DNA of 64,000 bases. Origin: Azolla caroliniana (taxonomy: Eukaryota > Plantae > Polypodiophyta). The DNA lies in contig JBHGNT010000002.1 in assembly GCA_043228905.1 (NCBI GenBank), forward strand, positions 23,746,001-23,810,000, in the 5' to 3' direction. A program made the position numbers and the translations under genes. The notes below the pieces were generated by a model. The model had not been told where the DNA came from. It saw nothing but the letters and a program-made list of their open reading frames with translations, and did no database searches. How positions within the stretch are numbered: the stretch's first letter is position 1; each line of letters opens with the position of its first letter. This document shows positions 11,078 through 26,123 of this stretch, piece by piece.

Positions 11078-14000
11078 GGTTCAAGTGAGTGAAGATTGAA
11101 TGAAATGTTTAAAAATAGCATGAAAATGAGGAACCTTTGTTTTAATTCAAAACATAAAAAACAAATTGCTCTGAGTGCACTGCGCGTGTGTACATGTGCT
11201 CTTAATTGTTTATTGTTAAAACTAAAAAGAAAAAATCTAATTGCAGTTTAAATGAGTTTGCATACACAATTCAATTCCTACATGCCTATGATATCTATGC
11301 ATGTAGATTGCATATGATGCATTTATATGTGTGCATGAATTATTATGTAGATTACCAATTAGTCAATGAATTCCTAACAATTACAATTGCTCTATCCTTC
11401 AACAACCTTTGAAATCGATCGACATTATATACTTTATGAGTCATGACATTATATACCTTATGTCATACTCCGTCACGACATCCCTCACCATGTAACATAT
11501 ATGTCGTTGGGTCAAGCTCACCGTTGTGGCATCTCAGATGTCAATTTGTCGATAGTCCACCTGCTAATATGCTATGCAAACTTGTTGGCTTGTCAAATGC
11601 CAGTCTGGCATCGGAAGTAAAACAAGATGTCAAAGTGGTTTGTGTCGTTCCTAATCATATGGTAAAGATGATTGTGGCCTTTTTTTAATCATATGCAAAA
11701 AACGCTTTATTGCAAGAATGGGAAGAAACTCAAAGCACTAAACAGTCCTTCAGGCCTACCTAATATGTCTCTACATTGGCTTTTTGTAACTCCTGTGAAT
11801 CAACCACCATATCAATAAAATGTAATGCCCCCCCCCCCCCCAATCATCATAGAAAATTGTGTTCCACACTATGTATTGTCCATTGATGTAGAAAGGGTTT
11901 GTATCACTACCTTGATTCGATACAAAGAGATTTATCCTTTCTACTTTATCTTTTTTTATGTCCACACTGTTATTTTTAACAACAATATGTTGCATCATGC
12001 TCCTTATGTTAATTGGACGACCAATATCTATATCTTAGACTTTATTTCTGGTCAAGCCCAGAGTGCTTTATGTATATTCTTGTCAAGGGACAATAAAAGA
12101 AACAAAGTTGCATTTGATATGTGAATAGATGAAAGATGAGGTGAGTAACCTTGATTGAGACCATTCAAAATAATATGAGATATGACACGTCCTTTTGTCG
12201 GACACTTACACAAAAAATCAAGAATTTCACTTGTATTATCAATGAAACGTCAAGGTTTTTGGGCTTGTAGAAATTTTCATTTGATGGATTTGCCCACTTG
12301 CTTGATTCCCTTCAACAAATCACCTAATTGTATGTGCATTCCATTGGAATGGATGACTCCACTGCTACATCTCTTGTGACCATCAAGAGGCAAACAGAAA
12401 TAATTACAAGTCAGTTAACCATACATTTCCCCCTGTCATTAGATGCTAACTTGTCTTTCATGGAAAAATAGATGGTCTGGTCAAACCCAATGAGTCTTAG
12501 CTACCCAACATGTATATATTAAAAATGATATTATTTATGGCTTTTGAAACGTTGGTACATAGTGGCATAGGTAGGGATTCATCTCTTATTGCCAATTGTT
12601 GGACTTTGTTTTCAATCAATTACTTACTCTCAAATATTGTAAAATGTAATGTACATGCCCACAACACTTGTAAACCTAATGGGATATATTTTTGAAGGTA
12701 TCATTCTGAGGCATTGAAATGAAGTAAAGGGATTGTGAAGAAGGGAGCAATTGTTTGCAACATCAAATTTGTTCTTGGCAATCCTAGGACAATTTCAAGT
12801 TGACTAGTATGAATATGAGCATTAGTATAAGCATCATGGGTATTTTGATATATTCTATTGTTTTTTATTGTCCTTATAAATCAAGTTCTCATAACGGCAA
12901 TCACCAAGGTTCATGCTAAAAAATGATAATATGTTGTAAGGATCAATTTTGTGTTGTGTGGATGAACATGATTCCATACCTTGTACATACATATCAACAA
13001 TTGTTTGAGTAGAAGGGCCAATAGTCACAATCCTATGAAGGGAAGTGTAATATTCCATGTTTCATTCTTTCCATTAAACAAATTTTTCTCCACATAAAAA
13101 CGTGACATGTGCATATATTCCACATGTTTCAACACACAACAGGCGAAGCACACAATGTCAAATGTATCATCTATGTATCTAATGAAGTAAAATAGTTGGG
13201 AATGTAGAGGTCGACGGTTTTCTAAAAAATGCTAAAATAAACATGTGTATACCATTGAAAAGTCGTTTCCCATGGTCATACCTTGAAGGTAAGAAGTGGC
13301 ATTCTAGCACGAGAGCACAAAATCGACACACAAAGATTGATGATAACTTACTCGTGTCGTTTGTGAGCCCTTGTATATGCACTCTAGAATTAATACTATT
13401 GGCGGTGGTGCAATTGTCATGCCACATTAGACGAATCTATATGAAACAATGGTCATTAGCTCCACTTACATGTCAAGCTTAGAAAGAATATTGCATAATT
13501 GTATGTATAATTGATTTGTTCATTAAAAACTCCATTACAACATTATAGATTCTAAAGAAATTTGTTCACTTCTTGCATGGCTTGCCATGGGTGTTAGTGT
13601 CTATGACATAGTCATACCATTTTCAACTTTCTTTAATATATATTTCCATATGGAAAATAAAACATCAAAACTAGCAATGAACGAGATAAAGAGAACTAAT
13701 ATAGGCCGAAATCTTTCTTGATGTATGGGCATGCTCTTTGTCACTCGTGGTATATAGTTAATTTTGATAGCTTTTGCAAACTCTATTTGTTTAGCTTGGT
13801 TTACATGCATGGAATAAGTGACAAAAGAGACGTGTGGGTATAACCACACCCAAAAATTCTAAGATTCGTCTAGGCTTACAAATAAACATTTGCTTTTGTC
13901 GTGGACAAAACAATGATGAATTACTTGGTTATGCCATTCATGAACATAATGACAAATCCTATTATTCATCTTATATTGCTACATATAGCTTATCGTCCTC

Positions 14001-16455
14001 ATTCATCTTACTGACTCGACATGTACACGAAATAATAGTGGAAAAATTGATAGGCATTCTTTTCGAATCTATTTCCCAATATTAAATCTTTCATATTGCC
14101 ACTTTCACAAAATTGCATGTGCACATGCAAAATGATGTATGAAGAGAATACACACGGCAATGAGCAATTGATATATATTCTGTTTCAAAATAAAAGATTA
14201 CGCCTGCTTTAAAATGGTTACATAATGGCATTTCCAAACTTAATACTAAAAAATCCCATGATATTTTTTGTCTGCATATTCTCCACATATTCCTTATCAT
14301 CCATCGATTTTGATACCTCTTGTTTCATGTAATTAAATGATTCAAAGGGCTAGCTTAAATGTGGTTAAATTAAGTCAATAGATCACCTTGGGGGCAAGCT
14401 TGCTACCAATCTATTAACGTTGAATACAACTTACAAACCATTCCTTTTTATTTTATATATATGGAGATGATGATAAATTGAACTAGTAAAATATTGATTT
14501 GTTTTTGAACTTTTGATGATATGAAATACACAATAGTGGGATGAAAAAAGCATGGTTTCCATCTTGTTAAATGTACTTTATTTTGCATATCACTATCACT
14601 CGCAATGTCCCATATTGTACTAGCTTTGTCTTGTACTTTTGTGAGCTCAATTCATATCATGTTACCACTTTTCATTTATGATCATAATTTACGTTCTCGT
14701 TCATTGAAATTTGACTATATCTACATAATTCAATCTACATGATGAACTGATCACAGTTTATGCATGCATATGATTTGTTCCTTTTTGCAAAGAAATGAAG
14801 AATGCTATAATATGGAAACAACTAACTACATATTAAATGTAGGCAAGGGTCCACTTCACATACTCCACGCAAAGGTATTTATTGTTTGCTGCATAGAATT
14901 GATCCTTTGTAGGTTCTCAAGAACTCGATGATTATTGCCCAGGTCCAATGTACATTCGAGCATGTTAGGTGATTAATTTGATTACCTTTTGGAGGTTACG
15001 TCTTCAAGATATAGATCAACAACATTTTTCAAAGTTCATGAGTGGGGAGGGGACAAATTTATTTATACATAAACATCTAAAAAAGCACCAAAGATTCATT
15101 TGATGATGTCAAGAGTTCATCTACTCTCTTTAAGTGTGGTATACGCAAGGCGTCGAAAGTGCTACGAGAAGAAGAAATGTATTAATAGCACCTCTAAAGA
15201 GGACATTTAACATGGGCCATTGATTGTGTGCGTTAATCTTCTTAATTAAGTCAACTGCATCATAGTTTATACAAAAGTTTATTTTAGGACTTATATTGGC
15301 GCATATGCCGATTATACAAACGGTTCCATACATAGACTTATATCCTTTGTTAAACACGTTGTTTTAAGTGGCAAGTGTGAATCAAAACTAAATAGTTTAT
15401 TCGGCTCAAACTATTCAACATTTAATATGAAATCTAGAATTTCCTTACTTACAGTTAATACTTATACGTGCACTATTGTAGATGTGCCCCATACAAAACA
15501 TCAATATCCTACATGTGGATAATTCGTAAACATTGTCAATGTAATTCAATGTCCTGTGGAGCATGCTTTATATGTTAAGGCATCAATTAAGAACTTTCAA
15601 TGCATAAGGATAATTCCTAAGGATTGTCCATATTTTCAAAATCAATATGATTAAATGAAAACATGAAAAAGATGTATATTTCAACAAAAGAAGCTTTTTT
15701 GCTCTTCAAATCAAGGTGAGTGTTTTTTTTCACATAAATTGCCAACTTATATTCAACTAAGGAAAACACACCAAATAATAGAACATTTTATATTCTACAA
15801 ATTTTGGAAAATATCAAGAAAACCTCATTCACCATCGATCTTCTTGATAAAGCTATTTGCAGATATTATCTATAGTCACACTAATCTCTTTCACATTCAA
15901 CTCAAGAGACACACGCCAATCAATCATTGTGTATTGCAACAATATATACGCCATAATGGTCATTCAGGTGCAATATATATGTTCTTGATCAAGTTGTCTA
16001 CCATATTGAATATGGTCACCCTAATCTCCTTCATACACATACAACTCAAAGATATATATCGATGTAATATAGTGTATTGGTCAATATTGTGTCATGTATA
16101 TTTGTTGTGATACCTTTCTCATGTGTGAATCAAATACATTTTCAAAATTATCAAACGAGCTCTACATATGTAAACATAAATATTTTGAGTAGTGTTGCCC
16201 CTAAGCTACTCACAACTTATATTCTTATGGTTGAATAGGCTCTTGTTAGAACTTGTTTATAAATTTGTCACATTTGATTTGGATGTTTTCAATATTGATG
16301 TTCATTGGCTAATGTTGAATCAAGCATCCTTTAACATACTAAATAATACGAGCCTTTTGATCATGATTTTCATATAAAATAGGCATATGCAAAAGTAGAT
16401 TTTCCCAAAACAATTGTGGAATGACACGGGCAAGAATGACCAACTTCCCTAAACA

Positions 16456-17826
16456 GGGGTAAATGCATGCTAATGAGGATTACATATGCCTTTGCACGCA
16501 ACGGGCAAATCTTGGAAGATGTAGCCATAAGTCCCTCTGAAATGGAATGGACAGAACTTATCGATGCTGAAAATTATATAATCGGAATTAAGGGAACGAA
16601 AGCCGGTTCTAATGAGGCATGCTACTACAAAATAGAGCATAGAAGGGTAATATGTGAGCAACCAACCTATCAAACTGAAAGGCCGATTAGGTTGCTTGCA
16701 AAAAATGGAAAGGCTATGATAGTTGACCCTGAGCCGAGTGAGCTCAAACCAACGACAATGTGTTGGCCGATAGAAGGGCATTCAAATTAGCTATCATGGG
16801 ACCCCGTGATGTATTTCGGAAAACTCAAGGTCAAAGTGATGGTGCCAAATTGGTGCAATTTTTCAGGTACAACACGAAAATCGGGAGGCAAATTATCCTA
16901 AAACAAGAACACCAAGATATTGCAGCTCGTAAATTTTGGATACAAGAGGGCATTAGTGAAAGGAGATTAGCTAAATTCTGGAAAATGATATGGCATGACA
17001 GCGGTGACCGCAAGATAATGATGTGCTTATGGCTTATTGTGCATAGAGCCTTGCCAATAGGGGCGTGGGCTAAAGGCCCCAATGTAGACCCAAGATGAGT
17101 GCATGTGGACAACTAGAAAGCATTTCCCATTGTCTCTAGGAATGTCATGAGGCTACAGTTGTATGGAGAAGGGCATTACGATTGCTTTGCCATGCCTCTA
17201 GCTCATTTACCCTCAATTGGGGACATGCTTGTTGGAATTGTCTTGATGATGACGTAGAGAAATTTGATAACACATGTACAACTATGTACAGAGGGGAGAA
17301 TGGAACTATTCGATTGATCGCTGGTAACAGTGCACCTAGAAGTAATGCCCAGAAGCAGAAAATTGAAGATCTATGGATGTTGCTAGCACCCATTATCATA
17401 TGGAACATTTGGACCGCAAGATGTACCAGGGTATTTTCAGCAAACAAACGGCCTCCAGCAGAATCTATTAAGCTAATATGGCGCATGTTAATAACTACAT
17501 TGAGGGCCCAATATGAGTGGATTGATGGAACAGATGATGCTTCAGATTTAATGAGGTTGAATTTCAGAAAACGATGGTGTACTACACCGATGGCTACAGA
17601 AATTGGAGTGGATATACAATGGCAGTACGTAGTACCGAGATGGTTGTTCCCCCCTCCCATTAGATGATAGAGGGGCGTGAATGACACAACAAACATGGAG
17701 AACAAACATGTGGGCTATTTAGTGTAAGATAAATAAGTGATGTAGCCCATATGGAAGTAGGTAATGTCTAAAGTTGTGTATTGTATGTCATTTTAACTAA
17801 TGGAGTATATTCTTCTTTGGGAAAAA
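16456..17826 (+). mobile_element. 5'-truncated L1-like LINE (family A) with TSD
   Basis: 14-bp TSD AACTTCCCTAAACA (16442-16455, 17827-17840). zf-RVT-like stretch (FWKMIW..WLIVHRALP..C..C..E..SHCL), IIWNIWTARC, WQYVVPRWLFPPP and an A-tail. Confidence 0.9.
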
Positions 17827-18328
17827 AACTTCCCTAAACATTGTCAAGGGTGAAAACTAATTGTTGCTAAGGGCAATGGATTCAAAATCGATTGCATTAC
17901 AAAGCATTTCTTGGTTTTCACTTTCATGAGAAGGTGAATAGAAACATCCAGAAAATGTGATGACGTGATCAAACCAGTAACATTTTCCATTGACAATGAC
18001 AACTAGCTTCCAAAAAATTAGGATGTGTGCCCCCAAATACACGCACCACCTAAACTAGAAAAGGTTCTAAACTTTCATATTATACATTAGAACTATACTA
18101 TGCATATATGTGTATGGTTTTTATTTAATAGTTATTATGATTTGGCATAATAAGGAATAACAATGAAAGTTTCTTAGCATAACGTTTAAAATCAAATAGA
18201 TCCCATGGTTTGGTTAATGTCAACAAAGACATAAGCCACAATAACATGGACATTGATTAGGGCTTAATTACGATTTTGGAATAATAGTTTTGTTCTTGAG
18301 CATTAGTTCAACATAGTGATAATATTAA

Positions 18329-18550
18329 GGGAAAAGTACTAGGATACCCCTGGAAGTTCGTCTATTTACCAGAATGCCCTTGGAAGTTCCAAATTTACCA
18401 AACTACCCCTATGTCCAAAAAATTTATAAAGTGTATAATTATTTTATAAAGTGTAATTTTTTGGACATAGGGGTAGTTTGGTAAATTTAGAACTTCCAAG
18501 GGCATTCTGGTAAATAGACGAACTTCCAAGGGCATCCTGGTACTTTTCCC
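18329..18550. mobile_element. Mutator-type foldback MITE
   Basis: Near-perfect TIRs of about 95 bp (GGGAAAAGTAC... / ...GTACTTTTCCC), a short AT spacer, and a 9-bp TSD TAATATTAA (18320-18328, 18551-18559). Confidence 0.92.
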
Positions 18551-21500
18551 TAATATTAATATGGACAAAGTTGGTCATAAGTATGGGACATGGCACAAAC
18601 ATTAAATATCTAGCAAGTGAGGGCTAATACATCTGATAATTTACGAGGTTTAATAGAAGTGTTTTGGTGGACACAAGCTAGTACATTAGGACATGATCAC
18701 AAGGTTTAGTACAATTTTCTAGCGGACAAGGGCTGCTGCGTCCTCACATTTATGAGGTTTAATACAACTATCTAGCTTGCAAGGGTTAATACATCAAGAC
18801 ATTCATGATGTTTTGTATAATGATCGAAGCTAAAACATCATGACATTTATGACGTTTTGATACAACTATATGCAAGGGTTAAAAGATTAGGGCATTTACG
18901 TGGTTTAGGGGGCTTTGTGCACGCATGAACACATAAATATAGAAGCCTGGAGGTAATAAGGTGTTGAGTGCAATCAAGTGCAATAAGTGAACAAGTTACG
19001 GAAAGTAAAGCAAGTCAAGGAAAGGTGCATGCATGTAGGCAACCTTGTTGTGTGGAAATGGATTGCCATACCTTCCTCATATTAGCTAAATGTGGATGTA
19101 GGTGAGGCAAGACAAATTAGTCAAGGAATTTCGAGTCAATGGTGCCCTTTATAGATAAGACAATACAAAGAAACACCCACACCCTTAAAAAAGATTGTAG
19201 CCCTTGTACACTTTGTTCGAAGATGAGGAAAATAACACATTTTTTTCAAAAAATCACACCCACATAAAAATCTTAGAGCTCACATTTCCACAAATTTTGA
19301 GCTTAAGCATAATGGTTTCGATGGGACCATTTTTTTACTTTGGAAACACAATCCTATTTCATGATTGATACCTTCAACCTCTTCTCACGATCTCAATGCA
19401 TTAATGATGTAATGGATCCTCAAACAAAAATGATATAATTCTAATCAATATACGATAAAGAAGATATAACAATGATAAGTTGACATATAGGTGTAGGTTA
19501 GCCCAACTTGTGTTTCAAAGAACTTGAAAAAGCGAGTTGAACATGTTGGGCATACACATACGTTCACATACTTTTTGTAAGGTGAAGGTTTGTGCAATGC
19601 AAGGAAGCATAACTTTATGTATGAGAATTTCATAATCTCTCGAGCATCACTTGGAGATAGAAAGATATAGTAGTATGAGCATTATAGCCAAAACATAGAT
19701 TACCCACAATATTCGTGTGTTGCTTGCATTTGTTCAAATGCTTTTAGACATCATTTTATTCCAGTTCATTTGCTATACTTCTTGCATTACTCTCTAAGCA
19801 TGCCTATATTCTTAACTACGGAGCATCATGTATCCCTTGTTTTTGTTAGCTTGCCATTTGAAATACGACATTGATATATTTGACCATTGAAAATAACCTA
19901 GGATGAGTTAAGATCAATATCAACAACTATCACTATAAGGTTCCATCTCAACTAACTCTCAAATTCTATACTAGTGCCTTGGTGATATCATATCTTGACT
20001 GACTAACTTTTATAATTTCTTCAAATTAATTGTCAGTAGAAGGTTTGTCCATTAACTTCAATAATATGGTTATATTTATGTGGCAAATCATCCAACAATG
20101 AAATCCATTTTCGATGTACCAGCTTACGCTTCCCTTGACAATTTTGCGTGCAAAAAAGTACACAAGAAAGGGAACGTCCCTCATGCTAAAGTTAAGACGG
20201 TAGATAACTTCATTAAATAAAGATTCCTTGTAATTTTCATGACAACCTACAATTTGTAAGAACTTTATTGTAAGCACAAACACATCAATTATATTACATT
20301 ATAAGGAGTATGTATATGTATGTAGTGTGAATATATGCCATCCACATATCTCTCGATCATCTTTCATAAATGTATGTAGATAGTAACTATGTTGCAATTA
20401 AAAAATAAAGATTCTCTCAATTTTAATGTAGAGATGAACCCAAGTCAACTACAGTTAAGGGAATTCCAAAAAAACATGACAATTATGATTGTATACAATG
20501 ACACATAAGCACCATGTTTTTCCAAGACAAAACATGAAACAAAGCTGGAAACTTTGGTAGTTTCACAACCATTTGTTTTGATTGTCTTCATATACTTTGC
20601 GGTGAGAATATATTCATGTGTTCAACCTTTCAATACTTTACAAACTTCTAGAGATCAATCAAGGCTGCAAAATAAGAGGTAGTGGGTTTTGAACGCAAGG
20701 CCTAACGGTATATATAAAATATAGGCCCAAGATCATCCTCCGCCACTGTAGGGATGATAAATCTTTAAATACCAAAAGTAAGATGCCTTTGGCTTCATAT
20801 TTTAAATCACAACACTACATTTATGAACCTCTACACAAGATATCCAATTCTAGAGATAGATCGATAGATATGGGAAGACATAATGGGTTGATAAAATAGG
20901 TAAAAAAGAACAACTAATTCCCAATCAAAGTTTAAAAAAACTTCAATTTATTTTTGCTAGGCACATCCTTTTAGTTGTTGGAAATGTAAAACAAACTTCA
21001 AAGCAAGCAAGGTTTCTACGTAAAAGTGGTTTGTTTCCTTTATCACATTAGTAAGACATTAGGTAATCTCCTATAGCAATGAGGAGCAAGGATCAAAATC
21101 AAACAAGCAACATTCACTTATGGCATAAAATCAACTCTTGAAAATAGGGTTAAGCTCATCGAACATGTCATCTCATTGATTATATCTCAATAATGGTGAA
21201 ATGCTAGAGATGTTTTGATGGAGCTATAGTGTAGAAGCCATTGTTACCAAAAATTAAAGAAAATTGAGCATATTTTTTTACCTTCTTATGTGAAATGTGA
21301 CCCTTGAATCTCAAATTTAAAAAAAGGAAGTTAAATTTCAGCGCCCCTTACAACAAGTTGACCATTTAAGTTTGCCCTTCAAAAAGAAAATTGAGCGTCC
21401 CAATCAAAGAGGAGAACTTGTTTGATATGGTTGTTCCATTACTTTGTAAATGCGACGTGTTATCGTTTCACCATAAGAAAGTGACACATGATGGTACTCT

Positions 21501-24179
21501 AAATCTTCTATAGACATTCGCCCAATGATTATTTGAACATCTTATCATGATTCTTTAATGGGATAAGAGTTATGAGTAGGGAAATACATTCTTTCACTTT
21601 ACAACAACCATTAAATATAATGATGATAAGAATTATATCACATCAAATTTCGCAACCAAACCAGTTAGGACTTCTTAATGGATTAATTTGTAATTATTAT
21701 AGATCTAGTTTCATGGTAAGTTTAACTTACTAGTGGTATATTAATCATCACCTTTTCTCACATATTTTGCTCCACACTAGATGGGTTGAGATAACAATAA
21801 AAAATATTGTATTACATCAAAATTTAGTAACTAGTAAATAATACGATTAGGGTATTAAAAGATATCAAGGTACATACATCAAAGGCTACTAGCTAGTAAG
21901 CATATTATTTTGCTCTAGGTTGGATGGGTTTGAGTTCCCAACAATAAAAACTTCATATTACATCAAAAGTTAGCAACCAATAAGAAATGTGATGAACACA
22001 TCATAGTCGTGAGCGTTTATAGAAGTTGCCAATGTAACTTATCAATTGTCATCAATTCATTGGACAAATAATAACCTATCTACATTATAATAATTACAGC
22101 GATCATTTTACTTGAATGCCAAAAAGGTTATATTTAAGGATCTAACATCATGATGAGTTGACATCGCAATGTCATGCTCCGCAAGAAGGAGATTGGGAGT
22201 AATAAATGATGTGATATGTATGTACATTTAGATGCCATGGCTAATATTTAATTGAGTTTGGACAATACCTTTTTTGACTCAAGGAGTCGGGGGTTGTATA
22301 TAGAAAAATCTATTGATATTGATGAATCTCTTGAATATAGTGAACTTAATTTCAAAAGCAATAATGGCATCGCTGAAAACACTTTTGCCTGTTTTGTAAA
22401 TGATGATCGTTATATAATTCAAAACAACAAATGCCTTAAATGTCGACCAACTAGTATGAGAATTGCTTTTTATAACCAAGTGAATGAAAGAAACTTCATT
22501 TGGGAAATGAGTTGCATGTTCCTCCCCCTTGAATTTTATAACCAAAACTTCAACCTTTGTTACGGCTTGATGAATCGTCAACATGTTTGGTTCTTGCAAT
22601 AGTGAAATGTTATTTAAGGCCATTTAATCGACTTGGCTTTACTAATACGTTATTTCAAGTTGTGGTCCTTATTTCACTTTCCCCTCTAAACAAAATCGAT
22701 TATGGACATTTTGACTCACATTATTAAAATTTGGTTCCTTTATTCCTAATCCACTTTGTCCAAATGCTTTTCTTCTCACCACTTAAGAGTGCTACATAAC
22801 TTAATCATTTCCGTTTTATAATCACATGGAAAGAGCATCACGCGTTGGATGTTTTTTTTCTGGTTGGGATGGGAACATCCATAAATATATAGAGCACATG
22901 GGATCAACTGAAGGGAGTTTCAAAATGCGTATTAATTACTTTGTTTAAGGGGGTATCTGCATATTGAATACATACTTTTTCACATGTAACGATGTAGAGT
23001 TATGTCCCAACAATATAACTATGAAAGAGTTGGGGGGTGAATGCAAATGATAATGTAATGTGGTCCATAGCAAAGCGTAGAAGCTCTCACTTTTGAGTTG
23101 GGCAGAACCGGCAGAAGGGGGGGAGTGTTCTTGGACATGGTTCATTTTTTATGCATTTAATTCGAACAATGTATGGCACAAGACTTTGGTTCCATAGTAA
23201 ACCTTATAGAGCCTAGAAGGGTATATCCACTCCACGTAGCAAGGCAAATCCCTCTCCAAAGAAGAAGAAGAAGAACCTCTCCCAAATTTACTCTTTAAGT
23301 AAAATAATTATGTTATATTCTAAATTGATAGAAAATAATGTTGTTGAAAACTTGTGAGTTACTCCTATCACGTTAGGCCATTAATATGCAGACAAAAAAC
23401 ACATGTTTCACCTCTATGAAACATTATGTAAGCGATTATGTGCACAAATAAAATCTATATCAAAGCAACTTTGTAAAACTTAACATGTTCTCGTGGTGGT
23501 GAGGCTGGTTGTCAGTTATGTGGTCACGCTTTGGAATCAATCTTGCATTATTTCTGGAATTGTACAGAGGCAATTAACATTTGGTATAGAAGCCTCAGAA
23601 TCGTGACAACTTGTGGTGTGAATGGGAAAGTTGCGTGGGGTTCCATACATAGTCTCACTTTAAAAGGAGAAGGTTGGATGACGTTGTCGTGAAGATTTTC
23701 GGCAATGGTGTGAAAATCACATAAGATATACGAAATCAAGTGTCAATCATATAAAACAATAATAGTGAATATACTAATTCTAAGTAAGTTTAAATATCTT
23801 AGTACAAAAGACGAAGATATTGAAGAGATGCACTTACTACATAAGAAACGAACATCTAAGTGTCAACTTATGTGGGTAAGAAGTTGCGAAAGAAAAAGAG
23901 AAAATTGTGAGATATCCCACATAGATAGGACGAATAAGCCTCTCACCATATATAAGGTAGAGCAAAAGTTATTATCTTTGTTTTTATGTGTGGAACATAG
24001 AGAGTTGAAGGTAACTTGAATTAAGAGTGGAGGTGGTCTAACCACTCGTAAAGGTTTTGGCCAACCACAACAGAACTGGACGGTAACCGGCGCCGACGAG
24101 GCGACGGCATCCGGCAAACCAGCCGAAAACCGACATCCGGCGACTAGATAAATAAATAAATATATACATATACAAGGAG

Positions 24180-24243
24180 GGCAAGTAAAGATTTGAACCT
24201 TGCACCTCCAAGTTAGGAGTCAATTAGCTTACCACTAAGCCAT
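24180..24243 (-). other. tRNA-derived relic (SINE-head-like or tRNA pseudogene)
   Basis: The minus strand has an A-box TGGCTTAGTGG and a B-box GGTTCAAATC at tRNA-like spacing. No convincing cloverleaf. Confidence 0.4.
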
Positions 24244-24719
24244 GACATTTAGTTAAATTTATATTTCTATCATTGTACTTTTACATGTAAATTCTCATAC
24301 ATGAGAGCTAAAATGAGTGACATGGTTATCATGCACCACATGTAATACATGAGCGCCAAATGGCAAACATGCATTTTATGCATGTCTTGTACCCTCACAT
24401 GCATCATATGCATGAGAGCATCTATAAAAGAAGGGATGAAAAAGAAGAAGGGTTAGGCTTTTTTTTGTTATGAAATTAAGAAGAAGAAAATTCGTTATCG
24501 AATTGATCGTGTAACTTGTTTCTTAAAATCTAAAATCAAGAGCTCAATCTTAATCTCTCTTTCAATCTAGCTTAAATACTTTCTTGCTAAAGCTTTCGCC
24601 AACTTCAACTCCTTCCGGTTCAGAACCCCGACGGTTCCGCTTCACGATCCGCGCGTAGTGACGGATCTTCACGACAGTGTTTTCTCTTAATACTAATGAA
24701 GGAAATCTTTTTGAAAAAA

Positions 24720-25430
24720 GACGAAGAAAGAGAAGGCTGGATAGAACAGTTAAACGCACATGGACATAGTTTTATAGTGCAGGGTGGCAGTGTGTTCCAA
24801 TGTGTTGGGGTGAGACCTAGCACAAATTCTGAACTTTTTGAGGAGATATGGCTTATGGTGGCATGCTTATCAGTCTGGCACATTTGGACCAGACGTTGCA
24901 AGTTTGTTTTTTAGAGGAAAAAGCTTGCATGCAGTGAGGTGATGCTAAACATCTAGTTCGAGCTGGTGGCCTAGTTGCGTGGACAATATGACTGGATTTA
25001 GGGGGGATTCAGACAAAGCAAAAATGGCAAGATAAAAGTTTCTGCTGAAATGGGGTGGTTCTCCTATGATGATCAAATCTTTGACACGGCTTAAGTGGAA
25101 CTACCATGCACCTAGGTGGCTACTTCCGCTGACGGCTCCCAATATTGTACATGGGATGTAAATATGCATGTCGCATTGGAGCACAAGTAAGTTATCATAT
25201 TCATATTGCCAAGATAGCTTTGTTGTAAAAGAGTATGGCGGGATAGGTAGGGTTGGGGATTATTATAGGATTTGTGGGAGGAAGGGCAACGTGAGTTTTG
25301 CTAGTTTTGGAGTTGTTCCTCCATGTTGTATATATTGATTCCACTAAGGTTGGCTTCGTGGATCTTAGTGGTGAACTTTGTTGTGATTTGGTTGCAATTA
25401 ATGTGAAGTAGGTTTTTTTTGGAAAAAAAA
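24720..25430 (+). mobile_element. 5'-truncated L1-like LINE 3' end
   Basis: VWHIWTRRCKFVF, LRGQYDWI, KWNYHAPRWLLP and a TAATG..TTTTGG-A8 tail. Confidence 0.75.
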
Positions 25431-26123
25431 GAAGTTTGGAGCTTCCTTGCTCATCCATGTATCTTAACAAACAAAAATATAAGCATTAAATCGTTACGTC
25501 AAGCATGTCAATAACTCTTTTATCCAATTCTAACATAGTTGATATATTACCTTGCCCCTTGGTCATTGATCACAAACCTCATAAATTTGTCTTGCCTCAA
25601 TCTTATATTATCTTATTAATTTTATTTTTTTTCCAAAAAAAGGTTGCTTTACCATTACTTAGGATATTATCTTAATAATTTTCATTCATACAACCAATGA
25701 ATATAACTAGAATCATGGGGGAATTCTTTTAAATATTAGGTCTCATTCTTCATATACGCTTAATGTATCAAGATTCATTGGTTTGAAGCACCATGATATG
25801 TAATAGCTTCTTTAAGGATTTACGCTACAACTAAGTTAAGAATACGCTCTATCAACGAGCTTCTTTTAAGATTTACACTATATCAAAGAGCTTGTCGTAG
25901 CTAATGTTGTATTATTATGAACTAGAATCATCAATATTCTTTTCAAACTATTGTAGTCAAACCAGTGTGTAGATATATAGGTACATCATGTTATTTTGTT
26001 CCTTCTCTTGCTGCTATGAGATAAAAACGAATAAACCTAATGCATGTAATCTTTCTCAACAAACCATCTTCCTTTATATTTGGTAGACCCCAATATAGTC
26101 ACAATAATTTAAGGTTGTTACTT

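Noticed and set aside
11400-16100. Possible decayed DNA-transposon (CACTA-like) coding region
   Set aside because: Only vague peptide remnants. I could not confirm TIRs, a TSD or a diagnostic motif.
22252-22602. 116-aa ORF
   Set aside because: Non-ATG start, no recognisable domain and no splice context.
22900-23105. ACTGAAGGGAG resembling the miR159/319 core, with a loose complement downstream
   Set aside because: Only an 11-nt match, on the wrong arm, with poor pairing.
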